From an uncultured Archaeoglobales archaeon (GTDB lineage Archaea; Halobacteriota; Archaeoglobi; Archaeoglobales; Archaeoglobaceae), in assembly GCA_965613355.1 (NCBI GenBank), contig CBFDVJ010000001.1, positions 22,688 to 86,687 on the forward strand: DNA of 64,000 bases. The letters are read 5' to 3'. A program made the translations under genes and the position numbers. This document shows positions 9,801-20,400 of this stretch, piece after piece (within the stretch, counting starts at the first letter, position 1; each line of letters begins with the position of its first letter). Below the pieces are notes generated by a model. That model had not been told where the DNA came from. It did no database searches and saw only the letters and a program-made list of their open reading frames with translations.

Positions 9801-12800
9801 TGCTTTGTAATCTTTGCTTCCATTTCCGTTGATGATTCCGTCTATCTTTAGGTAAGTTGTCATGGTTTCGTTTTCAGAAATGGAGTTGTCTGAGGTGAAT
9901 GCCTTTATCTGTGGGAAGCTGAAGGGGAGTGATGGAATTAGGGAGACATTTTTGATTTCCCACTGCCTTGTTCCTCTATCCCATGCATTCTCCGAGACGA
10001 ATGAAATTATGTTTTCCACATCTGGAGTGATGTTTTCCAAGATAGGAATTTCGTAGGTTTGGTAATTTGAATTTAGTTGGATGGTTGTAACAAGGTTTCC
10101 CGAAAGGTTGTTATAGCTCTGGATTCCGTTTCTATGGAATTTGTTGAGGTAGATGTCTATTTTACCTCCACCCTTTGCTTCAAAGGTCAAGGTATAATCC
10201 GTTTTCCTTCCAAAGAAGGAGAAGGCCACGTCATCTGTAAACGAGGTCATAGTTGTGTTCAATTTAAGCAATTCACCTAAGGTGAGAGGTATTATTTTGA
10301 ACTTTACCTCTCCATTTCCTTTTATTGCATAGTAATCCTCTCCATTGACCATTATTCTGTGCTCTCCAAGAGATAACCTTTCGATTTCTACAGTTCCTGC
10401 GGTTGCATAAGGCTTCAATGAGATGGCAGTAGGTGAGGAATTATCTACGATATAGGAAGCTCTTCTCAAAGGATATTGAGAGGTAAAGGCTAGGGTTAGG
10501 GATCTTTCGGTATAGGATTTGCTTTTAGGAGTGATTTCAATGCTAAACTGGGGTTCTTTAACCTCCTCTAAAACTGGGATTCCTCCAGCCCCTGTTCCAG
10601 CGGTTCCTCCACCTCCAGTAGTCCCAGAAATAACGTTTATTGAGAAGTTAACTACCGTGAAGTTGAGATTTCCGGCCGTATCGTTTACGTAGACAATTAA
10701 CGTGTAATCTCCGTTTGATAAACCTGTTATCGTTGTGTTTGGAGTGAAGGTTACGTTTGACGCCGAGTTTAAAGAGTACCACCATCCGTCTATATCTGGA
10801 TCGGGTGAGTGAACTTTTAGATAAACGTAGTTCGCTGAATAGGTCTTGCCTTCTTCAGGTGAAATTACACCGATGAATGGAGCTGTATAGTCTGGGGTGA
10901 CGTTTGTGAGGGGTAGATAGTCACCGCCAGCTATGTTTCCGCTTGAGTTGTAGGGCAGAAGCGTATCTCCTAAACCATCTCCTCCAGCCGTGTCAGCTCC
11001 CGTATAATCATGCCAGTAGTTCCCTCCCAAATATGAGCCATTGATTATGTTCGTGCCTGGAGTTTTCGAGATGTTCCAGAAGTTGTTGCCGTTATCGTAG
11101 GCGTTTATGGAGTTGTTGAAGTAGTTATTGTAGATTAGGTTGCTGTTTGAGGAAGAGAGGTAGATTCCGTATCTCTGACCTCCAATCCAGATTCCTTGCT
11201 GCGGGTTCGCTAGGCGAAGGATGTGATTCGTTTGAATCGTGTTCGAATTTGAGTTTGAAAAGTGGAATCCATATCCGCCCTGGCATGGATTGGTTGTTGG
11301 AGGGAGATAGAAGCTCGGCCCATTGTCCGTTATGTTTGAATCTAGAATCGTGTTGTCGCTAGATTCGTCGAGTTTTATTCCGTAGCACCAGTTCTTTTCC
11401 ACCTTGGTGTTTTCGATGGTAGTATTTTCAGATCCCCCGAGATACAAGCCTGAACCGTAATTGGAGTTGCCATTATCAGAGAAATCTGAGTTAGTGATTG
11501 TGACATTGCTGGAATAGTAAATCGCCAGTCCTGTAAGGTAATTGGTAAAAGCGTTTGTTGAATCAATGGTAGAATCAGAAGTGTTGTAAAGGATTATCCC
11601 ATGTGAGTTTGAGAATAAGCCGATGTTTCTGACTATCACATTTTTGCAGTTAATGCAAGCGAAAAATCCTATCGGTGGTTGAGCAGATTGGTCGAATATT
11701 GCATTAGAGGCGTTTTTGATGTAGTAAATTGCACCACCGCTGACGTTGTTTGACGTATCTATGTCAAAATCGAAGTCCCGGAATTGGGGAGTAGTGTAAA
11801 CTTCCCCTGGGTCAAAATAGAAATCGTAGGTGTTACCGAGCATTCTATTCTCTCTGAGCGTTAAGTTGGTTGAATAGGTGTAAGGAGATGATGAGTCGAT
11901 TTTGATTCCCGCATACTTGAATTTTACAGTGTTGTTGTAGATTAGGCAGTCGCTCGCATGGTTTATTTTTATTCCTGCATCTTCATCTTGGACAGGTGTA
12001 TCCCCTACAATCAGGTTGTTTTGTATAACGCAGCCTCCCGAGTCAAACCTTATCCCTCCATAGCCCGAGAATGTGTTGTTGGAAACAGTATTTCCCTCAG
12101 CATATCTCTTTATCCACACTGCCGGCATAGAAGATGTAAAATTCTTCACGAATGTGTTGTCATAGATCAAATTGTTACCAGCGTTTCTATAACTCAAACC
12201 TTCAATTGTTATGTAGCTGTTGTAAGTTCCCTCTGCAAAAGTATTGAGAGTTATGTTGTTGTAACTTGAACCCTCAATTCGGAGTTGAGATGCTATGAAG
12301 GTGTTCTCTGCTATCAGATTTCTATCTGAACCATGTAGATAGCCCTTTACGAGGAATATTCCGCTTCCATTGAATGTATTGTTCCTTATGATGTTATCTG
12401 TCGACTCATGATCGGTTATCTGGATACAACTCATACCGGAAACCAGATAGGTTGTATATCCCACCTTTATACCAGCCTCAGGTATTGAGCCGAGAGGGCA
12501 TGGGCCAGGATAGGCTGAATTGTTGATGTAGAAACCTTGAACAACGTTACCATTGGAGGCGAGGGTGAAACCACTACCTTTCTGGTTGGCATCTATGACG
12601 GGATTACCAATCCCCGTTATGTTCAGGGTTTTATTTACAAAAACGTTCTCAACGTAGGTTCCATTACAAACGATAATCGTGTCTCCATCCATCGAAACAT
12701 TTACAGCATCCTGAACTTTAGTGAAATTTGCCGGGCAGTCAGCCAGATCATCATCAACATACCACGTTTTTGGATCTCTAAGGGTAGTGAAATTTCTGAT

Positions 12801-14030
12801 TGAGCTGTTGGAGTAAAGGCTTGTGTTGTCTGCCTTATACGAGAAAGCTGAGTAGTAGTAGGTTGTGTTTGGAGATAAACCGGATAAAGTTATGGAAGGA
12901 TTCTGCGTGTAGTTATCCCAATCTCGCTCAGGATACATAGTTTCGCCGCCAGATAGGATTACAGACTCATTCATATAGAGAGTCTGGGTATTGTTATCCC
13001 ATTCAGACCATTCCGGTGACGATAGATCACTATTGAGGCTGTAGAGAACCCTGTTAGCTGATAAAACATTCGTATACCAGCTAATTGTTATGCTGGTATT
13101 CGTTAGATCGCTCTCCTGGATGTTGCTTATGACCGGAGGTTGTTCTGTCTCGAAAAGCATCGGATAGTAATCTAAAGGCAAATTCGAACTTTCACCTTCA
13201 CCACACCAGAGGGTGGAGACCTGATATGGCATATCACCGATTCCATCGTTGTTTGAATCGATTCCTGAATAATCATCCCAGTAGTTGCCGGTGTAATTCG
13301 AGTAAACATCGCCTTGGTAGCTGTACTGCCTTATTTCAGTCGAGTTCCAATTGTTATCCCCGCAATCGATCGCGTTGTAGGTGTTGTTGATAAACCGATT
13401 GAGGTAGAAAACGTTTGTAGAAAAATCAGCCTGAATGCCGGTATCGCTATCCCTTATCGTGTTGTTGTATATCGTGTTGTTGTAAACGGCGTTGGTATTG
13501 GCGTAGAATTCAATTCCAACAGTGGTGTTATGGATCGTGTTATCGAAAATCACAGCATAGCCCGAATCTTCAAGCTGAATACCATCGTAGGTATTGTAAA
13601 TTACATTGTTTGAGATATTGGCATGATCGGAAGGATTCAGCGAGGCGGGATTTGGTTCTACATCAATCCCATCATCATTGCTTTTCGTTGAGCCACCGGT
13701 GATAGTAAATCCAGATATGGTAACATAACTTGCATGAACCTCAATAACATCCTCGCTCGTGTCGTTTGCTTGGATAATCGTATCCATTGGATTCTGAGAG
13801 AACGATTTGAGCGTTACCGAGATGTTGATATCAATATTCTCCAAATATGTTCCACTGCAAACGACGATCGTGTCTCCATCGCTAGCATTTTTCAAGGCTG
13901 ATGTGATAGTTGGAAAGTAAACATCCCCAGATGTACATGGAGTTGTTTTATTGACTACAAGAACAGCATCAGCACTAGCTGACAGCATTACCACTACACA
14001 GACTATTAGAACTACTTTTACGACATTCAT
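6843..14030 (-). CDS. 2395 aa secreted multidomain protein: two NosD-type beta-helices, FN3-like, Ig-like domains, CsgG/TolB_N-like alpha/beta domain, invasin-type Ig domains, Cys-rich C-terminus; no C-terminal anchor
   Basis: Signal peptide ending SADA; repeated beta-helix coils with GNYW-D-D-G caps; ITISWYTN...LSGLSPNTTYYY FN3 motif; TTDALGVAKAEY and TGENGRATIKF Big_1-like motifs. Confidence 0.85.
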   Translation of the reverse strand: MNVVKVVLIVCVVVMLSASADAVLVVNKTTPCTSGDVYFPTITSALKNASDGDTIVVCSGTYLENIDINISVTLKSFSQNPMDTIIQANDTSEDVIEVHASYVTISGFTITGGSTKSNDDGIDVEPNPASLNPSDHANISNNVIYNTYDGIQLEDSGYAVIFDNTIHNTTVGIEFYANTNAVYNNTIYNNTIRDSDTGIQADFSTNVFYLNRFINNTYNAIDCGDNNWNSTEIRQYSYQGDVYSNYTGNYWDDYSGIDSNNDGIGDMPYQVSTLWCGEGESSNLPLDYYPMLFETEQPPVISNIQESDLTNTSITISWYTNVLSANRVLYSLNSDLSSPEWSEWDNNTQTLYMNESVILSGGETMYPERDWDNYTQNPSITLSGLSPNTTYYYSAFSYKADNTSLYSNSSIRNFTTLRDPKTWYVDDDLADCPANFTKVQDAVNVSMDGDTIIVCNGTYVENVFVNKTLNITGIGNPVIDANQKGSGFTLASNGNVVQGFYINNSAYPGPCPLGSIPEAGIKVGYTTYLVSGMSCIQITDHESTDNIIRNNTFNGSGIFLVKGYLHGSDRNLIAENTFIASQLRIEGSSYNNITLNTFAEGTYNSYITIEGLSYRNAGNNLIYDNTFVKNFTSSMPAVWIKRYAEGNTVSNNTFSGYGGIRFDSGGCVIQNNLIVGDTPVQDEDAGIKINHASDCLIYNNTVKFKYAGIKIDSSSPYTYSTNLTLRENRMLGNTYDFYFDPGEVYTTPQFRDFDFDIDTSNNVSGGAIYYIKNASNAIFDQSAQPPIGFFACINCKNVIVRNIGLFSNSHGIILYNTSDSTIDSTNAFTNYLTGLAIYYSSNVTITNSDFSDNGNSNYGSGLYLGGSENTTIENTKVEKNWCYGIKLDESSDNTILDSNITDNGPSFYLPPTTNPCQGGYGFHFSNSNSNTIQTNHILRLANPQQGIWIGGQRYGIYLSSSNSNLIYNNYFNNSINAYDNGNNFWNISKTPGTNIINGSYLGGNYWHDYTGADTAGGDGLGDTLLPYNSSGNIAGGDYLPLTNVTPDYTAPFIGVISPEEGKTYSANYVYLKVHSPDPDIDGWWYSLNSASNVTFTPNTTITGLSNGDYTLIVYVNDTAGNLNFTVVNFSINVISGTTGGGGTAGTGAGGIPVLEEVKEPQFSIEITPKSKSYTERSLTLAFTSQYPLRRASYIVDNSSPTAISLKPYATAGTVEIERLSLGEHRIMVNGEDYYAIKGNGEVKFKIIPLTLGELLKLNTTMTSFTDDVAFSFFGRKTDYTLTFEAKGGGKIDIYLNKFHRNGIQSYNNLSGNLVTTIQLNSNYQTYEIPILENITPDVENIISFVSENAWDRGTRQWEIKNVSLIPSLPFSFPQIKAFTSDNSISENETMTTYLKIDGIINGNGSKDYKAYIYLLTPDGKKLYYPDWSETKKPIDSYYLRTNYYGRLPSSIKFNNSFSAGTYILVGKIADGLADGLADGFNTVSLSTDKLYYNNQTSVKLYINREIFSNGQEVIIEHMLTGNSTQNGTLLSSMEDPESNVVHLPTLSEKAEGKRYKPIESDYFIAFEEFINSNWKEGTYILRSNLFNDDGVLVAEDIQTFEVCGISTIKGTYLRNATDNDTSPFVLSRIRLIDSYTLETNEFEFKGNHFGYSITASPSKYYLAGEAYTSDGKIYYIPMVKLALGCENRTRNLPLRYTGEIDLADIGVTSFSLNLQGTSVLNLSESEGNCILNADLFQGEEGCSKPKVYLFVELGDEAVEKLLQTYPGDTPETLKRYFSIKVKELIQAKSPGVIITSDVDVKSALLEQENFLAENPDEADLSRIRQMVNAEYILRFNYVMLGDTNLMNLVLLDVDNVVRVSGVTARGDDISILNDLINSQGDLKSIIETWEVNNPKPPRDPSLLLTLNPETLTFEEGKDKVVIKAVVRDCRGKAIEGAKVYFKEVTDRGYVKAEGKGDYGYVFSTTDALGVAKAEYFLMQSKGVRAGVDKIEVFAKARGGKKIHRLAMVKIAGIGIEIKPEKDELLPKQQTLLHIFVYKEELGGKRTPLADKMILIEKFALLDGKVFPLGIIDAHNNPITGENGRATIKFVAGKKEGLVKIPAVYQGLGYTEAPRDEAFIEVKEKEFVLFITWTRNSLYQESGTTSATSNCPHLCCPIGEECYNSADSGSSDAEWTMSARSSIHFTSKTYWKESTGKERITASYAYKYQSSYSRTHSGSYTDGCSGNSGISGSSHVKVEDTSLSSRVSNERTWLLWETSNGDLVLAIDPIQWPVFLMKGTETDVSTSSLGEGTSTFVDVCIYDGDTGTNPRDGASCSYPGYAEKQRVSVPYYEVKPGLLILKKTGKDRWQEVVGDYHHESSRDFSSTRSYSCSSRSNSKSVRQEISGHIEIKVVKR
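9592..9627. repeat. In-frame 12 bp tandem repeat x3 (AATCCATCTGCT)
   Basis: Three exact copies, encoding ADGLADGLADG. Confidence 0.95.
13233..13289. repeat. 57 bp exact repeat, copy 1 (copy 2 at 26062-26118)
   Basis: Direct comparison shows identical sequence; encodes [19 protein letters not shown] in both giant genes. Confidence 0.95.
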
Positions 14031-14083
14031 TAATTAACCTTCCTCCTTTACGAATTTCTTCGATGAATCAGACTTTGTTTGAA

Positions 14084-14174
14084 AGTAGAATAGACTAGGT
14101 TGTCTGGTAAGAACAATTCTTTAGAGGAAATTTAAATTTTTCGTTGTAAATTTTATTTTAATAATTATTATTAG
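14084..14174 (-). promoter_or_regulatory. Duplicated promoter/leader upstream of the 2395 aa gene
   Basis: 76/91 identical, ungapped, to 28594-28684. On the minus strand it contains CGAAAAATTTAAAT (BRE/TATA-like). Confidence 0.8.
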
Positions 14175-14229
14175 CTGATGAATAACCCAACGAGGGTTAC
14201 GGCAAAATATGTTTTATCTTAAACAACCT

Positions 14230-14345
14230 TCATATTTCAAACCTAACATTCTGCTCTCCAACCAAAAGATTGTAAATTAGCTTGCCGTCTAGTGTATCCA
14301 GTTCCAGCCTCAGTGGCCGATCGTGTATATTGTTTTTGTCTCCAT
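14230..14345 (-). pseudogene. Internally deleted DUF488 remnant
   Basis: ATG 14345 encodes METKTIYTIGH then stop (19/20 nt identity to 5421-5440). Out-of-frame LDGKLIYNLLVGE follows, matching the intact gene's terminal VNGRLIYDRLAGE. Confidence 0.85.
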
Positions 14346-14454
14346 TTAACTTATCCTTTGAATTAAAGGTATAACTTTGTTTTCGGTTTGCTATCTTTGA
14401 AAGATTCCAATGGGAGGGGAAAAACAATAAAAATTAAAAAGTTAAATAAAAAAT

Positions 14455-17400
14455 TTAGGCGCCACCCTTGCCTATTCTACCTTTGTAAGCTAAAACCGCA
14501 ATTAATATTGCAATGATGGCGATTATTGGCAAAGCGAGTTGCCAGAGCTGCAAAGGTTGCGGTGGAGTTGGTGTGGGTGTAGGCTTGGGTGTTGGGGTTG
14601 GTGTAGGTATTGAGATCGGAGATGGGACAGGAGATGGGGCCGGATATGGAGTAGGTATTTCAGATGGTGTCGGGGTTGGAGTTGGTGTAGGCTTGGGTGT
14701 TGGAGTTGGGAAGGGTGTGTAGTGTGGAACTCTTATCTGCGTAGGTACAGGAGTTGGCGTGGGCTGTTTCTTTATGCAAGCATCTCCTGGATAGGATTCA
14801 AACTGGCAGGCCTGGTAGTAATTCGTCTGGTAAGTATCTTCCCTCTCCTCCACAAGTGAGAGATCATTGTTGTATATTTTAAGATATGATAAGTAGTAAT
14901 TTCCGTTCTCCTCACTCTTTCCGATATCTTCTCCTCTGAATTCGAGAGTTATAAGTTGAGTTCCTGTATCAAGCGGCGCAGATTTATACAAATTGGTTAT
15001 GAAGCTCCCACCAAGGCTGCCGTAAATAATATAATCTCCTTCCTGCTCGACATTCAATTTCAGCTTAACAACTAAGTAATCGTACAATCCGTTGTTATCT
15101 GTGTCCAAGCCATAATCTTCCACAACCTCTAAAAGATGTACCGGCTTGCCCTGGAAATCTGAGGAGTTGTAAGAGGCTGTGGTTGTGTCCTCTGCCTTCC
15201 CTATCAAACCCGGATTGTGAGAGTAGAGTTTAACTCCAACCACATCGTAAGGCCCGTCTTCACAACTGTTCCTAATCTCAATTCCGCTGAAATTCAAATA
15301 GACAATCTGATTTCCTGAATCTAAATGCATAGTGTTAGATGTGTGTGTTATCCTCTGGTTGCCTTTATAGAGAGACCCAGTTATCGTATAATCGCCCGCT
15401 TTAGAGAGGTTTACTGAGAATCCTATCCCGAGATAATCTATTAACCTATCGTTATTGGAGTCGACCGTTTCCTCGCTCACCTTAATCATTCGTGTAACTA
15501 CGTTTTTGGGGTGCGGGAAAACAGCGACATTGTTTGTTTCACCAATCTCTTCAATCGTGTTGTTATAGTCAGCAACAACAAAGAAAATGTATTTTCCTGC
15601 TGGAAGGATTGCGTTAAACGTGACGTCAGCGGATTGATTCGGTGAGATGGAATACAGACTTGTTTTATCAATTATGGCACTCTCGTTGATAACAGAGGTT
15701 CCATTAACAACCGTATACGGATTGTTCTTAAACAACGCCACCTCAACATTCTCCGCAATTACACTTCCTACGTTCCTCACTTTAACATCTATTGTCGCAT
15801 TATCGCCGAAATCACTTGAAACAGAGATTTCTTCCCCTCTGACTTCCAGATCTGGGCCAATAAGCACAGGAATTAATTCATGGTTGTTCGTTTCATCTCC
15901 TTCAGCAATCTCGTTGTTTTCATCGAGCATAAGATGAATATAGTAGTAACCAGCTGGAAGCCCACTAACATCCCATACCGCTGTGAGATCTTCAGTTTCG
16001 GAAATTTCGAGGCTCCTAACTGTTTGAGAGTCTATAAGCACCTTATCCTTGTTGAAGAAAGGAGAAGTACTGTAATAGAAATTAACAGTTGATTCATTCG
16101 CCTTGTAATGCCCGCGATTGATTACTGTTGTTGTAATTGAGATTTTATCGAACTCGTATAGAATATGCATAATTCTATGGGCCAAGTCTGGCATGAGGAT
16201 AGGCTTAGAGGCTATGTTGTTGGTTTCATTCCCCTCTGCTATACTATCGAGCGGATCTATCTCCACATAGATAATATGTTGTCTTCCATCAGATGGAACT
16301 GTCCAGTTTAAAGTCACCTCCTTGGTTTCACTACCTCTAATGAAATCTATTATTTTCGTTCTAATTATCCTTCCATTATCGGTGAACCTCACAAGCACAT
16401 TGTCCAAGGCTAGATCTCCAACATTGTGTACTTTTACAGCTATCGTTATGTCCTTGCCCGGTTCTGGTGTACTTGAGAAACCAATATCTCCACCATCAAT
16501 CTCCAAATCGACGATGATCTTATGCTTCAAAAGATAAATGCTCGCATTCTCAAACTTCGTAGTAGTTACATTGAAGGTCTCATTACCAGCGGTTACAGTT
16601 TCGTTCTGCAGTTTGATCTCCTTTTTAATATAAACATTCAGGATCTCATTCTTAGAGTTGATTATGGGAGAGAAGCTCTGTTCAAGGTCGAAATCATTCG
16701 TTAAGGTGTTGCTCATGCTCCAGCTGTCATGCGCTTTATCAAAAACAGAATAAAATATGTTCAAATCGCCATCCATGCGTGATTGCCATAGGATGACAGG
16801 GTTGTTTGCCGGATTCCTAGCGATCTCCAATCCTTCAACCTTTCCCTCCACGGTTATCGACTCTGGCTCTGACCAGCTTCCATCGTAAATTGCATACAGA
16901 ATTACATTCTCAGTTTTGTTCTCAGTTGAATTGTCCTTCACCCAAACAAGCATAATTTTATCGCCAAAATAAAGCACGTCAGGAAGTCTGTCTTCCCTTC
17001 CATCGTTCGTGAATCTTGCCTTTGCAGACCAACCCGTTCCATCGAAAATTGAGTAGAATACTTCTTTATCAGAAATCGTGGATGAGTTGCCATCCATATC
17101 CTCTGTCCATACCGCAATCGCTGAATTGTTGTGGAAATCGAAATTGAGGTTGTCCGTTAGCCTTAAATCTGAGAATGCTTTCTTTTCCGGAGAGAAGGCT
17201 GTTCCATTCCATATGCTGTAGTAGTAGTCGTTTTCAAGGGGGTGATTTTCTGTTGCATTATTTCCGATGTAAACCTCATTCCTCGGATTCTTAATCCACA
17301 TTACCATCGCTTCATAACCATCGGCAACAATCTTCGGCTCATAGTCGAAGTATGAATCATTCGTGAGTAAGGCTGGAGTTGTCCAGTATCCAGAAGAATA

Positions 17401-20400
17401 AAGTGAGTAAGCGATCTCTGCATGCTTTATAACCTCACTGAAGTTGCCCGGATTTTCCGGCAAGCTTTCATTATTCAACTTCGTCCAAACTGCTATGAAT
17501 CGATTGTCTAAGGTGTATGCAAGATCAGGCTTGAAATCAGATGTGGTGTCATTGACAATTGGTTTCGGCTCGCTCCATCCACCGCTTTCGTTAAAGGTGT
17601 AATATATGTCGAATGCCCGAGTTAGATTCTTAGATGGATTATCAGCTGAATAAACAATCATCTCCTCGTTATCAATCCCGAGGGCAAGCTTCGGGTCGGC
17701 ATCAGGATATGTGTTTTTCACGATAATGTATTCCTGAGTGGGGGAACTGTGGATTAACTCTCCAGCCAGAGTATTGTACTCTGCAGTTAGATAATCTCTA
17801 TCAGAAAGTCTCCAGTACTCCGGTTTCGAAGCTGGTTCAGTCCAGCAATTTCCATTCCAAAGATCGCATATAAACTTTCTGCCCCAGTGATCTGAGTAGA
17901 ACAAGAAGTGCCAATCCACCCTTATCAAGACTCCGGCGCGAAGGGAAGTGATTGAGAAGTCGTAATTCCTATCAAGCTCAGCACCCATTCCAACGTTCGC
18001 TCCTACCGTAACCTCAACACTTGCTATGACAACACTGGCACCACCACTAGCTTCACCCCAAATATCCACGTCAGCGGTTGCATTGTAGAACTTCAGTTCA
18101 CCGCTCTCCGTCCTTTGCACAATTCCAAAGCTCACTCTTACATCCATTGTTACCCCAGCCTTAATGACCACAAAATCCCATTCAGTCAGGGGGATATCCT
18201 GAACGTCAACGATCAGATTCCAGTCAACTTCATCCAAGTATAAAGTATTACTAGAGGGTTTGTATATTGCAATTCTTTGAGCGCAGATTCCGGCAAGGGT
18301 TTGCTCTCCAAAGGTGTAATAAATTCCTCCACCATAACTCATTCTCCCCCTTCCTGTAAAAGAGCTGAATGTAGCGTTTTCTTCAAAGAAGATTCCACAT
18401 GCTCCTGGATTTGAGCAGAACGTACCCTCCTGTGGCGTATGTTTGCCGGATGGTATGTAAGTAGTTACACCGTAATGCCCGCCTACCCATGGTACTCCTG
18501 AAGGAACATCAAAGCCTGGTATTTTGTCAATAACCTCCATGATCGGCTCGATTATACCGATAATATCCAAGGCAGAGTCTGTAATTTTTGTTACGTCTAT
18601 AATCACATCCGTAACCACCAACACCGTATGAACTCCAGTCAAAACATCTCCAACTTCATCAATAACATCTTTAACATCATCTGGAAGCGGAATATCGCCT
18701 CTATATTCAATACCAGAGCCATTGAAATAGCAGATGTAAGCTTTATTATCTTTATAAAATACAACATCACCCCTCGATTTATCGTAGGAGACACCTACAC
18801 CCTGATATACAAATCTGAGTAAACTATCCTTATATGCCGCTGAAAGGGATATGGATCCGTCGTCATAATTGAAGGAGACCTCGTAATCAGACGTGTTGAA
18901 GCTCGCTTCTATATCAACTCCATCGCTGTAGTTAAAGCCGACTTCACCTTTATCATACTCTGCTTCAATTTCGATTTCACCGCTATATCTTATGCTTCCA
19001 GCGTAATCATCCAAATCGATAGAGACTCCCACATCAGGTGTGTCCAGTGAGAGCCTGTGTGCATCAAAATCCCAATAGAAAGTATAACCACTATATACAA
19101 ATTCCACATGATCCTCAAATACGTAGATTTTGGTTACCTTTTTCAGATCGACGTAGTTCTGGCCCTCAATGTACTTCTCACCTCTGACAACTTGCGGAAA
19201 CCTCGGCAAGCCTTTTGGCTGGAGTCTGTGAAAGAGTGTCTCAGCTTTAACTGTCGTCGTTTGTTCAGAAACCGCCTCAATCAAAAACATGCTAGCTCCA
19301 AGAGGCAAGTCTTCCATGTTGAATCCTTCATGGGTCGTTTGAGTGTATTTATACGAGGGATCATCAGGATAGTAATACCAAACACATTCCGGATCGGGAT
19401 GTCCCTGAATGCAGAACTTCTTCGTTATCGCTTCTTGAGTTGGAGGCGTTACTGATACCCTCAGTGGATCTAGTTCTCCATCCCATCCAACGCTAACCTC
19501 CAATCCATTTTCAATACCGTATCCTTTCAAGAAGTACTTAGTGTACATCGGATTTATTTCGAGAATATCCGGATACCTTGCAAGGCTGTTAAAGGTTCTG
19601 TGAGTTCTCACTGCTCTTTCTGAATAGGGGTCATTCGTCTCAGCCTGTATAGTTGCATTTCCAACTTGATTGAATGCATAGTCAAAGATTGCAGTTCCAT
19701 TCTCATTTGTGAATGCAATCGGTGGGAAGATCACTCCGTTTTCCTCCTCTGAAATCTCGGAGAAGTTAACTTGCATACTTGAAACTGAGATCGGATTTCC
19801 GTTGCAGTCAGTTATTTGAGCAAAGCCTACGAGGTGTTGGTTTTCATACGATATTGCTCCCATCTCGAGTCCAAAGCAAGTGAGAGGAGGTGAGGTGAGA
19901 GGATACATGTCCTGATTATTTCCTCCGGTTATGTTATAGGGACTATCGCATATTCCATTGTTGTCCGAATCATAACATCCCTCAGAGGGTTCATCGTAAT
20001 CACTCCAGTAATTGCCTCTTGAGTCATTGTACCAAAGGTAGAGGGATCTTCCGTCATCCAATGCCGAATATTCGTTATTTAAGAAGCTATTGTTCTCAAC
20101 CACTATAGATTCCATAGCTTCAGCTGGAAGTAAAGCTGCTGTATGGTTAAGCCTAACTCCTCTATAATTCTCATTTAGAATGTTCTGAGAAATGTTAACA
20201 AAAGTGCAGTCCACCAGACTTATACCTGCATCGCTGTACGAGGCTGTATTTTTGATAATTTTGTTGAAATTGGAGTTTTTCATATGAATTGCATCGTTTT
20301 TACAGTTTATTACACTATTATCCTCAATTGTGTTGCCATCGGAGTGATTGAGATAAATCCCATGGCTTGTAGCATTGAAGAGGTAGTTACCCTTAACTAA

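Noticed and set aside
14230-14427. 65 aa ORF as a real gene
   Set aside because: Explained as an out-of-frame read through the DUF488 remnant, starting inside a T-rich terminator.
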